Notes: a model not told the origin generated them from the sequence alone. A DNA stretch of 64,000 nucleotides from Eledone cirrhosa (GCA_964016885.1 OZ024740.1:240870001-240934000), one strand, 5' to 3'; positions 22,861-37,099 are shown, numbered from the stretch's first letter. A program made the numbers and translations.

Positions 22861-25232
22861 AGAAGAGCACTGGGAGTTCCTAAAAAATAACTTAATAGAG
22901 GCGACGGATGAGATCTGTGGCTGGAGTAAGAACTCAGGCAGGAGGAGAGTGACTTGGTGGTAGAACAATAAGGTAGATGAGGCAGTTAAGTCCAAGAGAC
23001 AGGCATTGGAAGAATGGGGGAAGCAGGGTTCATTACATAGAGACCAGGAGGGAAGCTAGGTGACAAGTATACTTAGCTAGGAGGGAAGCAGAGGATAGAA
23101 AATTTAAGCATGTTTTGCAACGTGAGGACCAGAAACAGGAGGTGTTCAAGATTGCGAGGCAGTGTGTCAGAGAGAATTGTGATGTCATTGGAGAGAAGTG
23201 TATCTGGAATGATAAAGGTGAGCTTGCCCTCACAAGTGCTGAGAAGAAGATGCATGGAAGAGCCATTATGATAGATTACTAAATGAGGAGAATGCATGGG
23301 AAGAAGAGACCCTACCCCAAGTAGACCCTATAGAGGGGCCGGCAGTACAAGTCAGCAGCAGCGTAGTAAGTAAGGCAATCAAAGATATGAAGACGGGGAA
23401 GGCAACCAGTCCATCGGGTATAGCTGCCGAGATGCTGAAGGCATCTGGGTCGGTAGGTCACACTATAACCACACGTATTGTTAACCAGGTAATACTAGGT
23501 GTCATACCAAAGGATTGATGCAGTAGCATCATTGTCAACTGCTACAAAGGTAAAGGTGATGCACTAGATAGAGGAAACTATAGAAGTATAAAAGCTGATG
23601 GACCAGGTCATGAAAGTAACAGAAAGAATTATAGCACAGTTGATTAGGGACCGGGTGAAACTAGATGATATGCAATTTGGGTTTGTGCCAGGAAGAGGCA
23701 CCACTGATGCCCTCTTCCTTGTGAGGCAGTTACAGGAAAAGTACCTAGCTAAACGTAAGCTACTCTACCTGGCATTCATCGATCTCGAGAAAGCCTTTGA
23801 CAGAGTTCCACGTGCTATAATCTGGTGGGCTCTTAGAAAACTAGGAGTAGATGAATGGCTTGTGAAAGCTGTACAAGCCATGTATAGAGGAGCAGTCAGC
23901 AAAGTTAGGATTAGCAATGAGTATAACGAGGAATTTAGCGTACAGGTTGATGTCTACCAGGGCTCTGTTCTTAGCCCTCTCCTGTTCATCATAGTCCTGC
24001 AGGCAATAACGGAGGAGTTTAAGACCGGATGCCCATGGGAACTCCTGTAAGCAGACGACCTCGCACTTATAGCTGAATCTATGGTAGAACTAGAGAAGAA
24101 ATTCCAAACTTGGAAGCAGGGACTAGAAAGAAAGGGTCACAAAGTCAACCTGACAAAGACCAAGGTCCTTGTAAGTAGACTAGAAAACAGAACCCAGATC
24201 CCCTCTGGGAAATGGCTTTGCAAACAATGGGTACACAAGAGATGTAGCGGGATCTCAGGAACCTTAACTAAAAATGTAGGCTTCACATGTAGCAGCTGTG
24301 CTGGGACAGCAAGCAGCAAACAGCCACAGGAAACAAGTACCACCAATCTCTGGGAGGGCTCTGTACAAACAGTAGACAGCTACTGCTACCTAGGTGACCG
24401 AATTAGCAGCGGCGGTGGGTGTTCGGAAAGTACAATAACTCAGGTAAGAACGGGATGGAAGAAGTTCAGGGAGCTACTGCCACTGCTAGCTGCAAAACGC
24501 GTTTCCCTCAAAATGAAAGGCAGACTGTATGATGCATGTATACGAACAGCAATGTTACATGATTGTGAGACCTGGGCGCTGTCTGTGGAAGACTTGCATA
24601 GATTAGAAAGAAATGAAACCTGCATGCTCCGATGGATGTGTAATAGTAATATACATGAACGGCAAAGCATAAATGAATTGAGAGAGAGACTGAGCATAAG
24701 AGGAATCAAATGCTGTGTGCAGGAGAGGCGGTTGCATTGGTATAGACATGTGAGGCGTATGAAGGATGACAGCTGCATAAAAAGGTGCAGAGCACTAGAA
24801 GTCGATGGAAACTGCGGAGTCGGGAGACCCAAGAAGACCTGGGATGAGGTGATAAAAGCCGACCTTACCCAATTACATCTCTCAAAGGCGATGACACAGT
24901 ACCGTGACCTCTGGCGTCACGCAGTAATAGAGAAGACCCGACCTCCCATGGGTACAAGCCAAAGCTGAAGCATATAGACAAAAGTGCAAAGTGGTCGTGG
25001 AGGTGCCACGCCAAAAAAGGACCCAGCCCACACTGTAAAGTGGATGTGTAGGCGCCACGGAAAAAAAGCACTCAGCACTCACAGTAAATGAGGTTGGTGT
25101 TAGGAAGGGCATCCAGCTGTAGAAATCAAACCAGAATCAGTTCCTGTATGAGCAAGACAAGGTCAGCCGACCAGACACTGCCCACAACAGGACAACCCGT
25201 CTAACCCATGGTAGCATGGAAGAACGGACGTT
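22861..25232 (+). mobile_element. RTE-clade LINE, 5'-truncated and degenerate
   Basis: RT motifs in the 23598 and 24081 frames; YADD mutated to stop-ADD; 3' UTR near-identical to the 55378 copy. Confidence 0.95.
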
Positions 25233-25473
25233 ATATATATATATATGTGTATATGTATGTATATATATATTTATATATGAATGTGTGTATATATGTATAT
25301 GTATGTTATATATGTATGTGTAAGTGGGTGTAATCTATATATACGCGTATATTTATGTGTGTTTATAATGTAGATGTGAGTGTATGTATATATATATATG
25401 TGTGTGTATATGTATGTATACGTATATGACTTTATGTTTTCCTTCTCATCTTTTATATTTTTTATGAAGATTA

Positions 25474-27455
25474 CACCGTGTAACCAAAAAAATGTTTTTC
25501 TCTGTTCCTGGCTTGTAATCACTTTTTTTGTGTTGCTTAGGTCCCAAATAAATAAAAAAGTGCTATTAAACAGTTAAAAGTTTGGGTTTGTAAACATTCT
25601 AAGCTATTCACTAGAATTATTTGTATGCTGGATTTTACGTTGTATGTAAGTTTAGTTTGCTTATGTTAAATGATTTTTTATATATGTTTCAGGTTAAATT
25701 AAAATTATAGAATAAAGAGTAATACCTAAAGAAAATGATAAAAGTGCAATAAAGTATAAAATTGTTAAAATGTGGATTAAAGTGATTTATTGTTACTGGA
25801 TTTTCACAACCTGAATAATGGTTAAGTTGTGTTTTAAACACAAATTTTCATTAGTATGATTAGTGTTCTTTTATATTATTTAAATATGTATTTCCCTTTC
25901 TAATATTTATTTTGTATTGCATATCAAATTTATTTTCCAAGACAAGTATTCTGATGAAGAGGAGGAGATGGATGCTGAGGACTTGGATTACCTGCCTGAG
26001 GTACCAGAAAAAGTTCCTCACTTCCCAAACCAAAAAGAAGTCAATGACTTGGTCAGGGATATGGGTCTGACCAAGTCCAATGCAAAGCTATTCGTCTCCA
26101 GGATGAAGCAGTGGAACTTGGTCAAGGAGGAAGTGCAGGTGACAAGTCAAAGAAGTCGACACAAACCTTTCTCAGGCTTTTACACTCTTAGGGATGGCCT
26201 CTGCTTCTGCCATGACGTGCCTGAACTGTTTGACGTTATTGGGGTGCCGTTTGTACCCAAGGAGTGGCGGCTATTTATAGATAGCTCTACCACAAGTTTG
26301 AAGGCTGTCCTCCTCCACAATGGAAACAAGTTCCCGACACTGCCCCTAGCTCATTCAGTCTGCCTGAAGGAAGATTACTACAGTGTGAAAGTCCTCTTGG
26401 AAGCTCTGCAATACAACCAGTACAATTGGGAAATCATTGGAGACTTCAAGATGGTGGCTTTCCTGCTTGGACTCCAAGGAGGCTTTATCAAATTCCAATG
26501 CTTCCTCTGCCTTTGGGACAGCAGAGCCACCTCTGACCACTACAAAAGAAAGAACTGAGAGCAGCGAACAGAATTTGTAGTTGGGACCCGGAACGTCATG
26601 TGGGAGCCACTGGTTGATCCCAGGATTGTGCTCATGCCGCCACTGCACATTAAGTTGGGGTTGATGAAGCAGTTTGTGAAGGCTCTCAACCAAGAATCAG
26701 CCGTTTTTAAGTACCTTTTTGAGATCTTCCCCAAGTTATCTGAGGCCAAAATCTAAGGTGGAATTTTTGTTGGACCTCAGATAAAAAAGGTGTTTGAGTC
26801 TACCGAGTTCTCCAATAAGCTTAATAGGATTGAGAGAACAGCATGGAACTGTTTCAAGGCAGTTGTTAAGGGCTTCCTGGGCAACTACAGATCTGAAAAC
26901 TACCAGCAACTGGTACAGGATCTGATAAAGGCTTTTGGTGCCATGGGATGCAGGATGTTGCTTAAACTCCATATGCTGGACACTCACCTGGAAAAATTCA
27001 AGAACAATATGGGCGCCTACTTAGAAGAACAAAGCGAACGATTCCACCAAGATGTGAAAGAGATAGAGCGGAGGTATCAGAGCCAGTACAATGAAAAGAT
27101 GATGGGGGACTATATCTGGGGGCTAGTGCAGGAATGCGACCTGGACTACAATCACAAATCCAGTCATTTCTGATGTGTATAAGTTGCTTTATAAGTGTTA
27201 TTTGTTTTTACTCGTTTGCTTTTGATAAGCTTGTGTAATAAAATAAATATAAACTCTGTTGATTTAATTATATGAACTGATAAATTAAAAAAAAATGTGT
27301 TTTTTCTTGAAAAATATGAAAATTTCAAAATATCAAACTCCTGACCACAAACCCAAACTTCTGATTAAATAATAATGTTTTTTAAAAATAATAATGGGAT
27401 ATAACAAACCATGAAATGACAGTTAGAACCGGGGAATAAAAAATATGTTACAGTG
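25474..27455 (+). mobile_element. Chapaev3-type (CMC) DNA transposon
   Basis: Termini CAC..GTG with imperfect TIRs (caccgtgtaac / gttacagtg), flanked by TTA on both sides (25471-73 and 27456-58). Confidence 0.75.
25917..27173 (+). pseudogene. Chapaev3-type transposase pseudogene
   Basis: One frame with stops at 26556 and 26754; WRLFIDSS, GDFKM, CFLCLWDSR, PPLHIKLGLMKQFVKAL, KLHML..H and EEQSERFHQD. Confidence 0.85.
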
Positions 27456-27578
27456 TTATATTTCTCTTTTTATATTTATCACCTATTTATTTTCAAAATA
27501 AGTTTTTATAGTAATGTTCTAGAGTGTTTGACATACTCTGTAGTTAGAAAAACAGATTTTCCATGAATTATGACGTCG

Positions 27579-27621
27579 TTTTTTGACAAGTCCCAAGAAG
27601 GGGACGAAACGTTCGTAAATC
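27579..27621 (+). ncRNA. Degenerate minimal type I hammerhead motif
   Basis: ttt TTGACAA gtccc aagaag gggac GAAA cgttcg TA aat; two core substitutions. Confidence 0.55.
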
Positions 27622-27779
27622 AACATTTAATGTAAAAACGTATTTGGTATTTACTTTAATGAATAATTTGCTTCAAGCGTAATTATTATTTTTAACACAA
27701 CAGCATTTTGTACACATGCTTGTTTGGAAAATTCTTTCAAAGAAGTATGAAACAGCCTTTTGTACTGCTTATTATAATA

Positions 27780-28566
27780 AACTAGCTGAATTACCCGGCG
27801 TTCTTAATTAACGATGTTCTTATTCAGATTAGTAAACAATAAATATGAAGAAATGTTTTTTTTTTCATAATTATTTCAAAATATCTATATTTTATAAAAG
27901 AAAGATAAAAATTGTAATGATAATAGAATTTAGAAATGAAAATTTGTCAATCCTGAAGCACCTTAGGGTAAACAATATTCATTGTGTAATTTTTTGTCGG
28001 TGTCCAAATGAATAAATTATTGCTACACACTCACACATACATATTCATATACAAAATGAGACGTTGTTGTGTTGTTTTCTATTGTTTTAATCCAAATAAA
28101 AGTAAAAATTATCACATATACACTCTCACATGCATATACTAAGACAGACACACACAGACATACATTCACGCACACCTGTGTCATCACATATGTATCTGTA
28201 TGTTTAATTGTCTGTGTGTGAAGATAATGTGTATTCAACTTACTAAGGCTATATGTATGTGTAGATGTGTGTGTGTTTAATTCTCTGAGGCCTAATGTAC
28301 ATAACGAACTTGCAAACACACACACTCACATACAAAATGTGACGTCATCATTGTGGTGCTGGTGGTTTACTATAGTTGACTATAGAAAGGTTATTTTAGA
28401 TAAAATATATTGTTTTAATCCAAATGAAAATAAAAATTACATGTTGACACTCCCGGGGTCAACTACTTTTACCTTGTAAAATTTGATTTGATTTGGTCCA
28501 GCTGTTTGAGAATGCATAAGAACAGACAGACAGACAGAGACAAAGAATTTTATGTATATAGAGATT
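27780..28566 (+). mobile_element. DINE-1/HINE-like non-autonomous Helitron/Helentron element
   Basis: Starts actagc..acccggcgtt; internal CA-rich duplication; ends (caga)n..ttttatgtatatagagat. Confidence 0.55.
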
Positions 28567-28659
28567 ACTGTATTTTTAACTTCTCCACCTATGTTTCTAA
28601 TTTTTTAAATATTGTTTTATTAAAAATAATCCATATCTTTTTCATATATATGTATACAT

Positions 28660-30011
28660 GTGAAAGCTGTACAAGCCATGTATAGGGGAGCAGTCAGCAA
28701 TGAGTATAGCGAGGAATTTAGCGTACAGGTTGGTGTCCACCAGGGCTCTCTTCTTAGCCCTCTCCTGTTCATCATAGTCCTGCAGGCAATAACGGAGGAG
28801 TTTAAGACCGGATGCCCATGGGAACTCCTGTATGCAGATGACCTCACACTTATAGCTGAATCTATGGTAGAACTAGAGAAGAAATTCCAAACTTGGAAGA
28901 AGGGACTAGAAAGAAAGGGTGTCAAAGTCAACCTGACAAAGACGAAGGTCCTTGTAAGTAGACTAGAAAACAGAACCTAGATCCCCTCAGGGAAATGGCC
29001 TTGCTCAGTATGTAGGAAAGGTGTAGGTAGGAACTCCATTCTCTGTCCCAAATGCAAACAATGGGTACACAAGAGATGTAGCGGGATCTCAGGAAGCTTA
29101 ATTAAGAATGTAGGCTTCACATATAGCAGCTGTGCTGGGACAGCAAGCAGCAAACAGCCACAGGAAACAAGTACCACCAATCTGGGAGGGCTCTGTAGAA
29201 ACAGTAGACAGCTTCTGCTACCTAGGTGACTGAATTAGCAGCGGAGGTGGGTGTTCAGAAAGTACAATAACTAAGGTAAGAACGGAATGGAAGAAGTTCA
29301 GGGAACTACTGCCACTGCTAGCTGCAAAAGGCATCTCCCTCAAAATGAAAGGCAGACTGTATGATGTGTGTATACGAACAGCAATGTTACATGGTAGTGA
29401 GACCTGGGCGCTGAAGGTGGAAGACTTACGTAGATTAGAAAGAAATGAAGCCTGCATGCTCCGATGGATGTGTAATAGTAGTATACGCGAACGGCAAAAC
29501 ATAAATGAATTGAAAGAGAGACTGAGCATAAGAGGAATCAAATGCTGTGTGCAGGAGAGGCGGTTGCGTTGGTATGGACATGTGATGCGTATGAAGGATG
29601 ACAACTGCATAAAAAGGTGCAGAGCACTAGAAGTCAATGGAAACCGCGGAGTGGGGAGACCCAAGAAGACCTGGGATGAGGTGATAAAAGCATTGAAACA
29701 CGACCGTGACCTCTGGCGTCACGCAGTAATAGAGTACCCGACCTCCCATGGGTACAAGCTGAAGCATATAGACAATATGCCCACACCCCTCCCACTGCAA
29801 AGTGGACGTGTAGGCGCCACGGAAAAAAGCACCCAGCACTCACTGTAAATGAGGTTGGTGTTAGGAAGGGCATCCAGCTGTAGAAATCTAGCCAAAATCA
29901 GTTCCTGTATGAGCAAGGCATGGTCAGCCGACCAGACACTGCCCACAACAGGACAACCCGTCTAACCCATGCTAGCATGGAAGAACGGACGTAAAACGGT
30001 GATGATGATGA
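28660..30011 (+). mobile_element. RTE-clade LINE 3' part
   Basis: QGSLLSP, YADD and GRPKKTW; 3' UTR and (GAT)n tail. Confidence 0.95.
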
Positions 30012-31224
30012 CATACACCTTGTTTTAGTCTTGTATCAGAATTGTACCTTCAGTTTATTTTCCCTGGGGTCTTTGGTTGGTATTGCTTTGTGTAGAACTG
30101 ACTGACCACTACTTAACCATCAGCCCCTCTATTATATATATATATATGTATAAATTCATTTACACTTCATCACTACTGATACTGGTTGTCGTTTTTGCTT
30201 TTCTCCAGTATCATTTCTTTTGATTTCCTTAAGGAATTTTTTGACCAACTGCTTTATTTTTTTTTTTTAATTTGTTTTCTTTTTCTAAGGCTTGAGATAT
30301 TATCTCTGAAAGCAAAATTTTTTTGTGGGCTCCCAATTTACTATTTTTTTTTGCATGAACCCCACTTATGTGGATCCTGGTTGAGAACCACTGGTACAAA
30401 CGATTATATCAACACTAATTCTTCACTAGTACTTATTTTATTGAACCTGAGAGGATGAAAGGAAAAAGTTGACTTTGGTGAGATTCAAAATCAGAACGTA
30501 AAGAGATATAACTAAATATCACAAGACATTCTATGACACTCGGCCACCCACCACCCTCATGAAATCTTACAAAATACTCTATTTCGGTTCAATTATAGGT
30601 TTTACAAGTCTATATCATCCTCTTCATCATTGTTTTATGTCAATTTTTCTATGCTGGCATAAATTGGATGGGTCTGTTCCACAACAGCATTTTGGAACAT
30701 CATCTGATGAAGATGACAACAAATCCTTGTTGATGTGTATATCATGGTTTTTATGGTTGGACATCCTTTGTATGACCAATGCCTTCATAGAATGGACTAG
30801 GTAATTATCATGCTATAAGCAACATCATTGCATCAAATAACAACCAGTGGACAATTAACTTTTTAATAGGTAAACAAAAATCTATTTTTAGGCTTTTTTT
30901 TCCGATAATATGTTGATTTCCATTCCCCCGCCCCAAAGAAAATGCCTAAACATTTTACACCTTTAAAAAGTGAACAAAACAAAACAAAATACAACAAAAG
31001 ATGCATTAAATTGAATCTAAATAGAGTCAAAATGTTTATTATAATATACAATATAATTTTGTACTCAATTTAATAATTTCTATAATATAAATGAGAATAA
31101 ATTATAGCAGCATACAATATTGCTGTACATGATTGAAGATAACTTAATACAAAATATAAATAAATAATAGCAAATAAAAAAATTAACTGAATATCTCAAA
31201 TATTAAACAATAATATTTCAGATA

Positions 31225-31814
31225 TTAATTTTCAAACCCATCATTTTGCTCAAAATGCATGTTAACATGCACTTCAAAATCCTTTTGGGACACATGTTGA
31301 AAGTTTTTCTCACATACAGGGCATTTACGGTGTGACTCTATTGGTTCACCATGGGAGGAACATTTTGCAATATGCTCATGGAATTTAACCATACAATGAA
31401 AGCTTTTTGAACAATAAGGACAAATAATATTCTCTTCTTCTGGCCTCTTTAAAAGTTTTTTAAAAGGAAGATTATATGCTGCCTCTGCCACAGAAGAATT
31501 TTGAGGTGAATGAGTTACAGATACATATGGAAGAGTTTTTTCATTCAAATCTGAAAATGTATCAACAGTTTTTGGCTTCTGGTGCAAATCAATCACTTTT
31601 TGAGGATTATGAGTTTGAAATGGGTCTCTCTTGAAATCTTGCCAGCTAGGATCATTATCTTCCTCCTCATCCTGAGCTATTTCAGCTGAAGGCTCCGCAG
31701 AATAAGAATAATGAGGTTTGAAGACATCAAGTTCATTATGCTCTAGTTGTTTTCTTGGATGAGATGAGGTGGATAAACTTGCAACCATATCAGAAGGATT
31801 TCTATGCAGACGGA
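31225..31814 (-). CDS. Last coding exon of TANK/AZI2/TBKBP1-like adaptor; two C-terminal zinc fingers
   Basis: Acceptor cctttcag|TC, phase 1, in frame with ORF 31225..31788. Fingers CPYCSKSF....KFHEHIAKC and CPVCEKNF.......FEVHVNMHF (UBZ1-like). AATAAA on minus at 31035-31040. Confidence 0.85.
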
Positions 31815-32060
31815 CTGAAAGGTTAGTAAATTAAAAATCATAATTAAAATTACATTACAGAAATGTTGATAATGCAATATAGTAGAAAAGTAAAATATAG
31901 AGACATTACATGTTCATTGATAATCTGAGGCAAATGAAGATGATTGAGTTGAACATAGTTCATTAGATGTGTAATGTTAATTTAAATGAGAGACTGAGCA
32001 ATACGATTTGGAGAAAATGGCTGGTGGACGTATGCAGGAGAGTTAACTACATTAGTTTAA

Positions 32061-32271
32061 CCCTTTATTATTTAAACCGGCCACAATTCTCTCACCTCTT
32101 TCTGTTCAAAACAACCATAACCGGTTACTCGTACTTATGTTAAGGTATTGTTCTTAAAATAAATAGTATCAAAATCTCATAGATTCGATATTATGTGAGA
32201 TAATTAAGTGAAATAAAGTGTTTACCATGAAAATACAATAGTATATATAGAGTAATGTAAATGCTAAAGGG
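32061..32271. mobile_element. TTAA-flanked MITE (piggyBac-like termini)
   Basis: ttaa|cccttta...tgctaaaggg|ttaa; second copy at 36305-36489. Confidence 0.75.
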
Positions 32272-32979
32272 TTAAACAGGCAACAAATATGGATGATATC
32301 ATGCTCTGTGAAAAAGTGTAGTGAATTTATGGTGGAAGGTATCTGTAATAGCAGATAGACTAATGGAGATGCAGAAGAAAGTAATTTGGTCAAAACTGAG
32401 AACATTGGGCCTTATAGATGACTTGTGCCAAGACTGAAATGCTATGTTTGTTCTCCAAGTCTCATTAGCGGTTACTTGCTCTTGAGATAGTGACTGAAAG
32501 TTGTACACAAGGGAAATTCATGGTGTTTAGAATTTGGCATTTCTTACTAACTATTTTACCAGTTCATGCAACTAAACTATTGATTCCTTATTCACTTGAA
32601 TTTCCATTACACATCTTGTGTACTGCCAATATAACACTAATCTCATTTTCCTATGAAGAGTTGTCCAAATGATTATTTTCTCTTTTAACACATTATATAC
32701 TTTGCTTTTATTGTATCAACTTTTGCTGCCTCAAATAATCACTAGTATCAGTTATAAAATTTAGAAGCAGATTAACTATTGATACAAAGGTAAGTAAACC
32801 ATTATTAGCATTCTCATTTCATTGAAGACTGAGTTTTTGGATTCCTTTTTGTTACATTCTTGGTAAACAAATCATGTAAAAATTCTTCCCCATACGTTCT
32901 CTTAATAATAAAATAGGATTTAGATCACATGTGGGAAGTGTCAACTGTCTTAATCAATCAAATGAAACTAAGTACATAC

Positions 32980-33072
32980 CCTTTCTAACTTCCATTTGAT
33001 GAATTTCAACTATCTGCTCTAAAAATTGAATGTTTTCCATCAATTTATCAAGACTGTCCATACTGCCAATTT
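32980..33072 (-). CDS. Internal 93-bp coding exon of the adaptor gene
   Basis: tttttacag|AA...AAGG|gtatgt, phase 1-1, open: EIGSMDSLDKLMENIQFLEQIVEIHQMEVRK. Confidence 0.8.
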
Positions 33073-33944
33073 CTGTAAAAACAAAAGAAAAAAACAAACA
33101 AAATAGCAAACGTCATAAACCTTTATATTACTAATTGACATTTAATGAAAAATAAATATCATTTTCAAATACGTATGATTAATCAATAACAAAAACTCTA
33201 AGTTTATTTTTTTTATTAAGAGAAATAAACACTGGTTGCTACACAACACTCACTTTTTATTCTTGTTTGTATGATCTCTCTTTCTGAATCTAGACAATTT
33301 TAAAATAGTTAGAAAAAATGTATTCTTTAATCTTAATTCAACTCTAAAAAAATTGAAGATATGTTTTGAATTTATAGATCATAAGTGACTTGAGCAAACT
33401 GGATGAACTTGCATCCCTCTCAAAGTCAGAATAAGAAATTAGTATGAAATGGTCATGAAGAAATATAATTATATAATGAATAAAATAACTTTGTGTATGT
33501 GTAAACTTTGTTACCCAGTGTAACAGGACGTCTTAAAACATATCTCAATAATCTCAGAGGATCTGTGAATGTTCATGAGCCCTACCACTTTCCCATATTA
33601 AATCCTCAAAACCTTCCAAGTAATAAAAAATTCCTAACACAAAACTGTGGTTATGAGAGTAATGTTGGTTCTAATTTTAATACTGAGAAATTGTGCAATT
33701 GAAAAATTGTAGCTGAATCAAGATATCAAGTGAATCACACAGCAAAAAATGCACATCTGTGTGTGTATTGAATAAGGAAAATAAAAAAGTCGAAGGTAGG
33801 TTTTGAATTAGTTCATTGTTTTACAAATGTTTCAGAGGGTTGATTGACCATGGAAAATCGATATATTGACTAATAAATAGTGGTTATGTCACCACCTATA
33901 TCTAGTCTTGATATTCTAGATCCATCTCACTGTCTTCCTCATTG

Positions 33945-33979
<35 letters not shown>

Positions 33980-34792
33980 TCATATAGAAATTAGGTTTAA
34001 TTTCAATATGGTTGTATTTCTTTATTTTTAACAGTCATAATTTTTCTCCTATATTTTCCTTTCACATGTTATCTCTCCTATTAAAAACACATCTAAAATT
34101 AAGAGTGACATGTAAATTTTCCTTGATGTAAACATTTACAGTACTTAGAACATAAGTTTCCTCATCATTTTACATCTGCCTTTTCCTATTGGCATGGAAT
34201 AGAAATGACTTTTTCAGCAACTCTTATATGGTCAGTTACCCTTCCTGACACTCATCATTTTAGTTGCCCCTTATAACCAACTGGGACATGTACATATAAT
34301 AAAAATTGCAACACACACTGTTTAAAGTAATTTAAAATGAAGACAGAATATGACTGAGTTAATTAGAACTGAATAACCAGCAAAGACAGAAGCATTTTGT
34401 ATCCTGTTATAACACTTTTTTTGTGCATAGCCAAAGATGCTTAAATCTCATATTGCTTAGTCAACATAACTGAATATTTTCTGCAGGGTTTAAAGAACAA
34501 CTTGCCTCTACAAGCAACAGCATTATAAGACTGATTAGAATTTAATCAGCTTGAAGTGCTGTGTTCAATTCCAGTTCTACATGTGATTGGAGCCAAAAGA
34601 AGAGTTGGATGTTACTAGTCTCATTTTAAAGTCAATAGAACTAATTAGCCAAGCTCTAAAATTTAAAATACCTATAATTGTACATAGCTGTCTCTCTTAT
34701 CGAAAAAAAATGCAAAAATGATTGTCCAATAGAGATAAGATAAATAGAAATATAGTAGTAATGTTAGAGGTTAAAATGTAAAATACACTTAC

Positions 34793-35237
34793 CTTTGCTA
34801 GTGAGAGAAGGGTTAGGAGGTGATTCTACACTGCTTTGAATCTGCGATCTGAGTTTCTGATTTTTCGTCTTCTCAGCTGCCAATTCTTTTTTCAGCTTAC
34901 TAACAGCCTTATGTAGTGTGTCAACTTCATTTCTGCGTTTCATTTCATCAGGAGTATCAGATGGTAAACTTTTCACTTGCTTGAAGCTTCTGTCATCGGT
35001 CTTCTTCAATAAATCTTGATATCGTGTATTAAGCTCGTTATACTTCCTCTTCAACTCTTCATATGCATCTTTTAGAGCAGACATAGAGGTTATGCCGTTG
35101 GATGGAGGGGGAATATTTTGTCGTCTTGCAGATAAATTAAAGGTGATATTGGGTGTTGCTGAAGCAACATCAAATATTTCATCATCATTTTGTATTATAC
35201 TAATATCATCATCTTGGCATACATTATAACTGCTCAT
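34793..35237 (-). CDS. First coding exon of TANK/AZI2/TBKBP1-like adaptor (FIR-like motif and coiled coils)
   Basis: Acceptor tttttccag|CATAATG and donor AAAG|gtaagt. DDDISII and SALKDAYEELKRKY resemble NAP1/SINTBAD EDDI.IL and ALVTAYEDIKKRL. Confidence 0.85.
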
Positions 35238-35735
35238 TATGCTGGAAAAATGGAAAATTTCACATATATATATATATATATATATATTTAATAGAAACTA
35301 TACATAAAAATAAACTTTCTAAAATGAAGAGAATTACACCAGATTGAAATGAGAAAAATAGTCAAACATGAAAATAATTAGTTTGGGTTTATTGTCAGCA
35401 TGTTCACTCAATAATTAGCAAATTGCTGTTGGCATGCCATTTCTCTGTACATTGGCCTGGCAAAGGTTCAACAATACTTCAATAATTCCTTGTTTTTTTA
35501 ATCCAGTGTCATCACATCTTTGAAGCTTAATATCTTTACATGGTCTGTCTTTACCATGGGCATATCTCCACTTAATACATATTATCTATTTGTAGTTGTC
35601 CCTTAATGTTTTTAATTCCCCTTATCACTCTATAAATTCACTAATACTTTCTTATAAGTTAAGAGAGGACATTTGACAAATCATATCCAACTCCACTTCC
35701 ATGGTTGTAAACCTTCAGCCTTTACTCTCATTTAA

Positions 35736-35900
35736 TAATTGTTTCCACTTTTGGCACAAGGCCAGCAATTACCCAGTGCATTACTGGTACTTTATTTTAT
35801 CGACCCGGTAAGGATGAAAGGCAAAGTTAACCTCGGCGGGATTTGAACTCAGAATGGCAAGGGCCGTAACTCTATACGTCAAAGCATGGCGTCCGACCCT
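35736..35900 (-). mobile_element. Nin-like tRNA SINE
   Basis: Same family as 4238 and 20058. Confidence 0.85.
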
Positions 35901-36304
35901 AAACTGTTCTACATACACCTCCACTTGATTTCACACCTTATCACCAATGCCATGAACTCTGTAGCACTATTGTGTAAAAAAAAAGTACATAAAACTCCAA
36001 CAAATATGCTGGTCAGTTCAAAAGGGTAGCAATAAAGTGAAGAACCACTTCACCTAAGCACTATCAATGCACTCAAGAGAATAGTAGTTTCCATTTCTTA
36101 GGAAACTACTGCTATATAAGTGTTATCTTTTAAATGTTAGTGTTAAAAGTTTTGTGACATTTGTAGCAATTCATTCAGCATTCTTTGACTTTAGTCAAAA
36201 TGCTATTAATTACTTCCACATCAAGAACTAATTTTGTCAGTCAAATAGAAGAAGGTATGAAATCCCTGAATTTCTCAGATGGCTCACATGAAATAATACT
36301 TTAA

Positions 36305-36489
36305 ACCTTTAGCATTTAAACTGGCCGTAACTGGCCAGAAATCTCTCACCTCTTTCTGTTTCCACCCCAACTGGCTGCATATACTTATGTTGGAGTATTG
36401 TTCTTAGAATAAATAATATCAAAATCTCGTAGATTCGATATTATGTGAGATAATACAAAAATATATAGAGTAATGTAAATGCTAAAGGG
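36305..36489. mobile_element. TTAA-flanked MITE, copy 2
   Basis: ttaa|acctttagcattta...taaatgctaaaggg|ttaa. Confidence 0.75.
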
Positions 36490-37099
36490 TTAAATGAATT
36501 ACATGAGAAGTTCAGAATATTTTTTTTAAATGCTACTCTAGTACACCTGAGATTGTGAGCTTCTCAATCTAACAGATCTAATTGCACTTAATTTACAATC
36601 ATTGTTTTTATGTTGTGTGTATTTTGTGTTTACTCCCTTCTACATAATGCCATTTCTGTTATTGTTGGACCTTGCGACATCATCAGAAATTATGAATAAA
36701 CAAAGGGACATAATACTGTCATTATGCAATACTTTCTTATATTCTTTTTAATGTATTCAATTGAAATATAACTTTCACTTTCTGTGTTGATTCTTAAGTT
36801 TCACTGTGAAACTTACAACTAGTATTTTCAGGCTTTTTGATTCATATTTGAATTTTCCAAATTTCAAATATATGCAATGCTAACAATGATAATAGGATTA
36901 TTAGAATGTAAAAACGTTTCCAATGGTCTTCTTAAAAGCACAAGAACTAAAGTCATAACTTTAGAAAATGTTCATATGAATATATAATTCCTGACTCCAT
37001 TAATAACAATACTAGGACCCTGACTCTACTAGTAAACCCCTTATATATGATTTAGATTACTTGAATGAATAGTTTCTTCACACTTATCTGTCAAATATA

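Noticed and set aside
26556-26558. In-frame TGA as recoding in the transposase
   Set aside because: A TAA stop follows in the same frame, so ordinary pseudogenisation is the simpler explanation.
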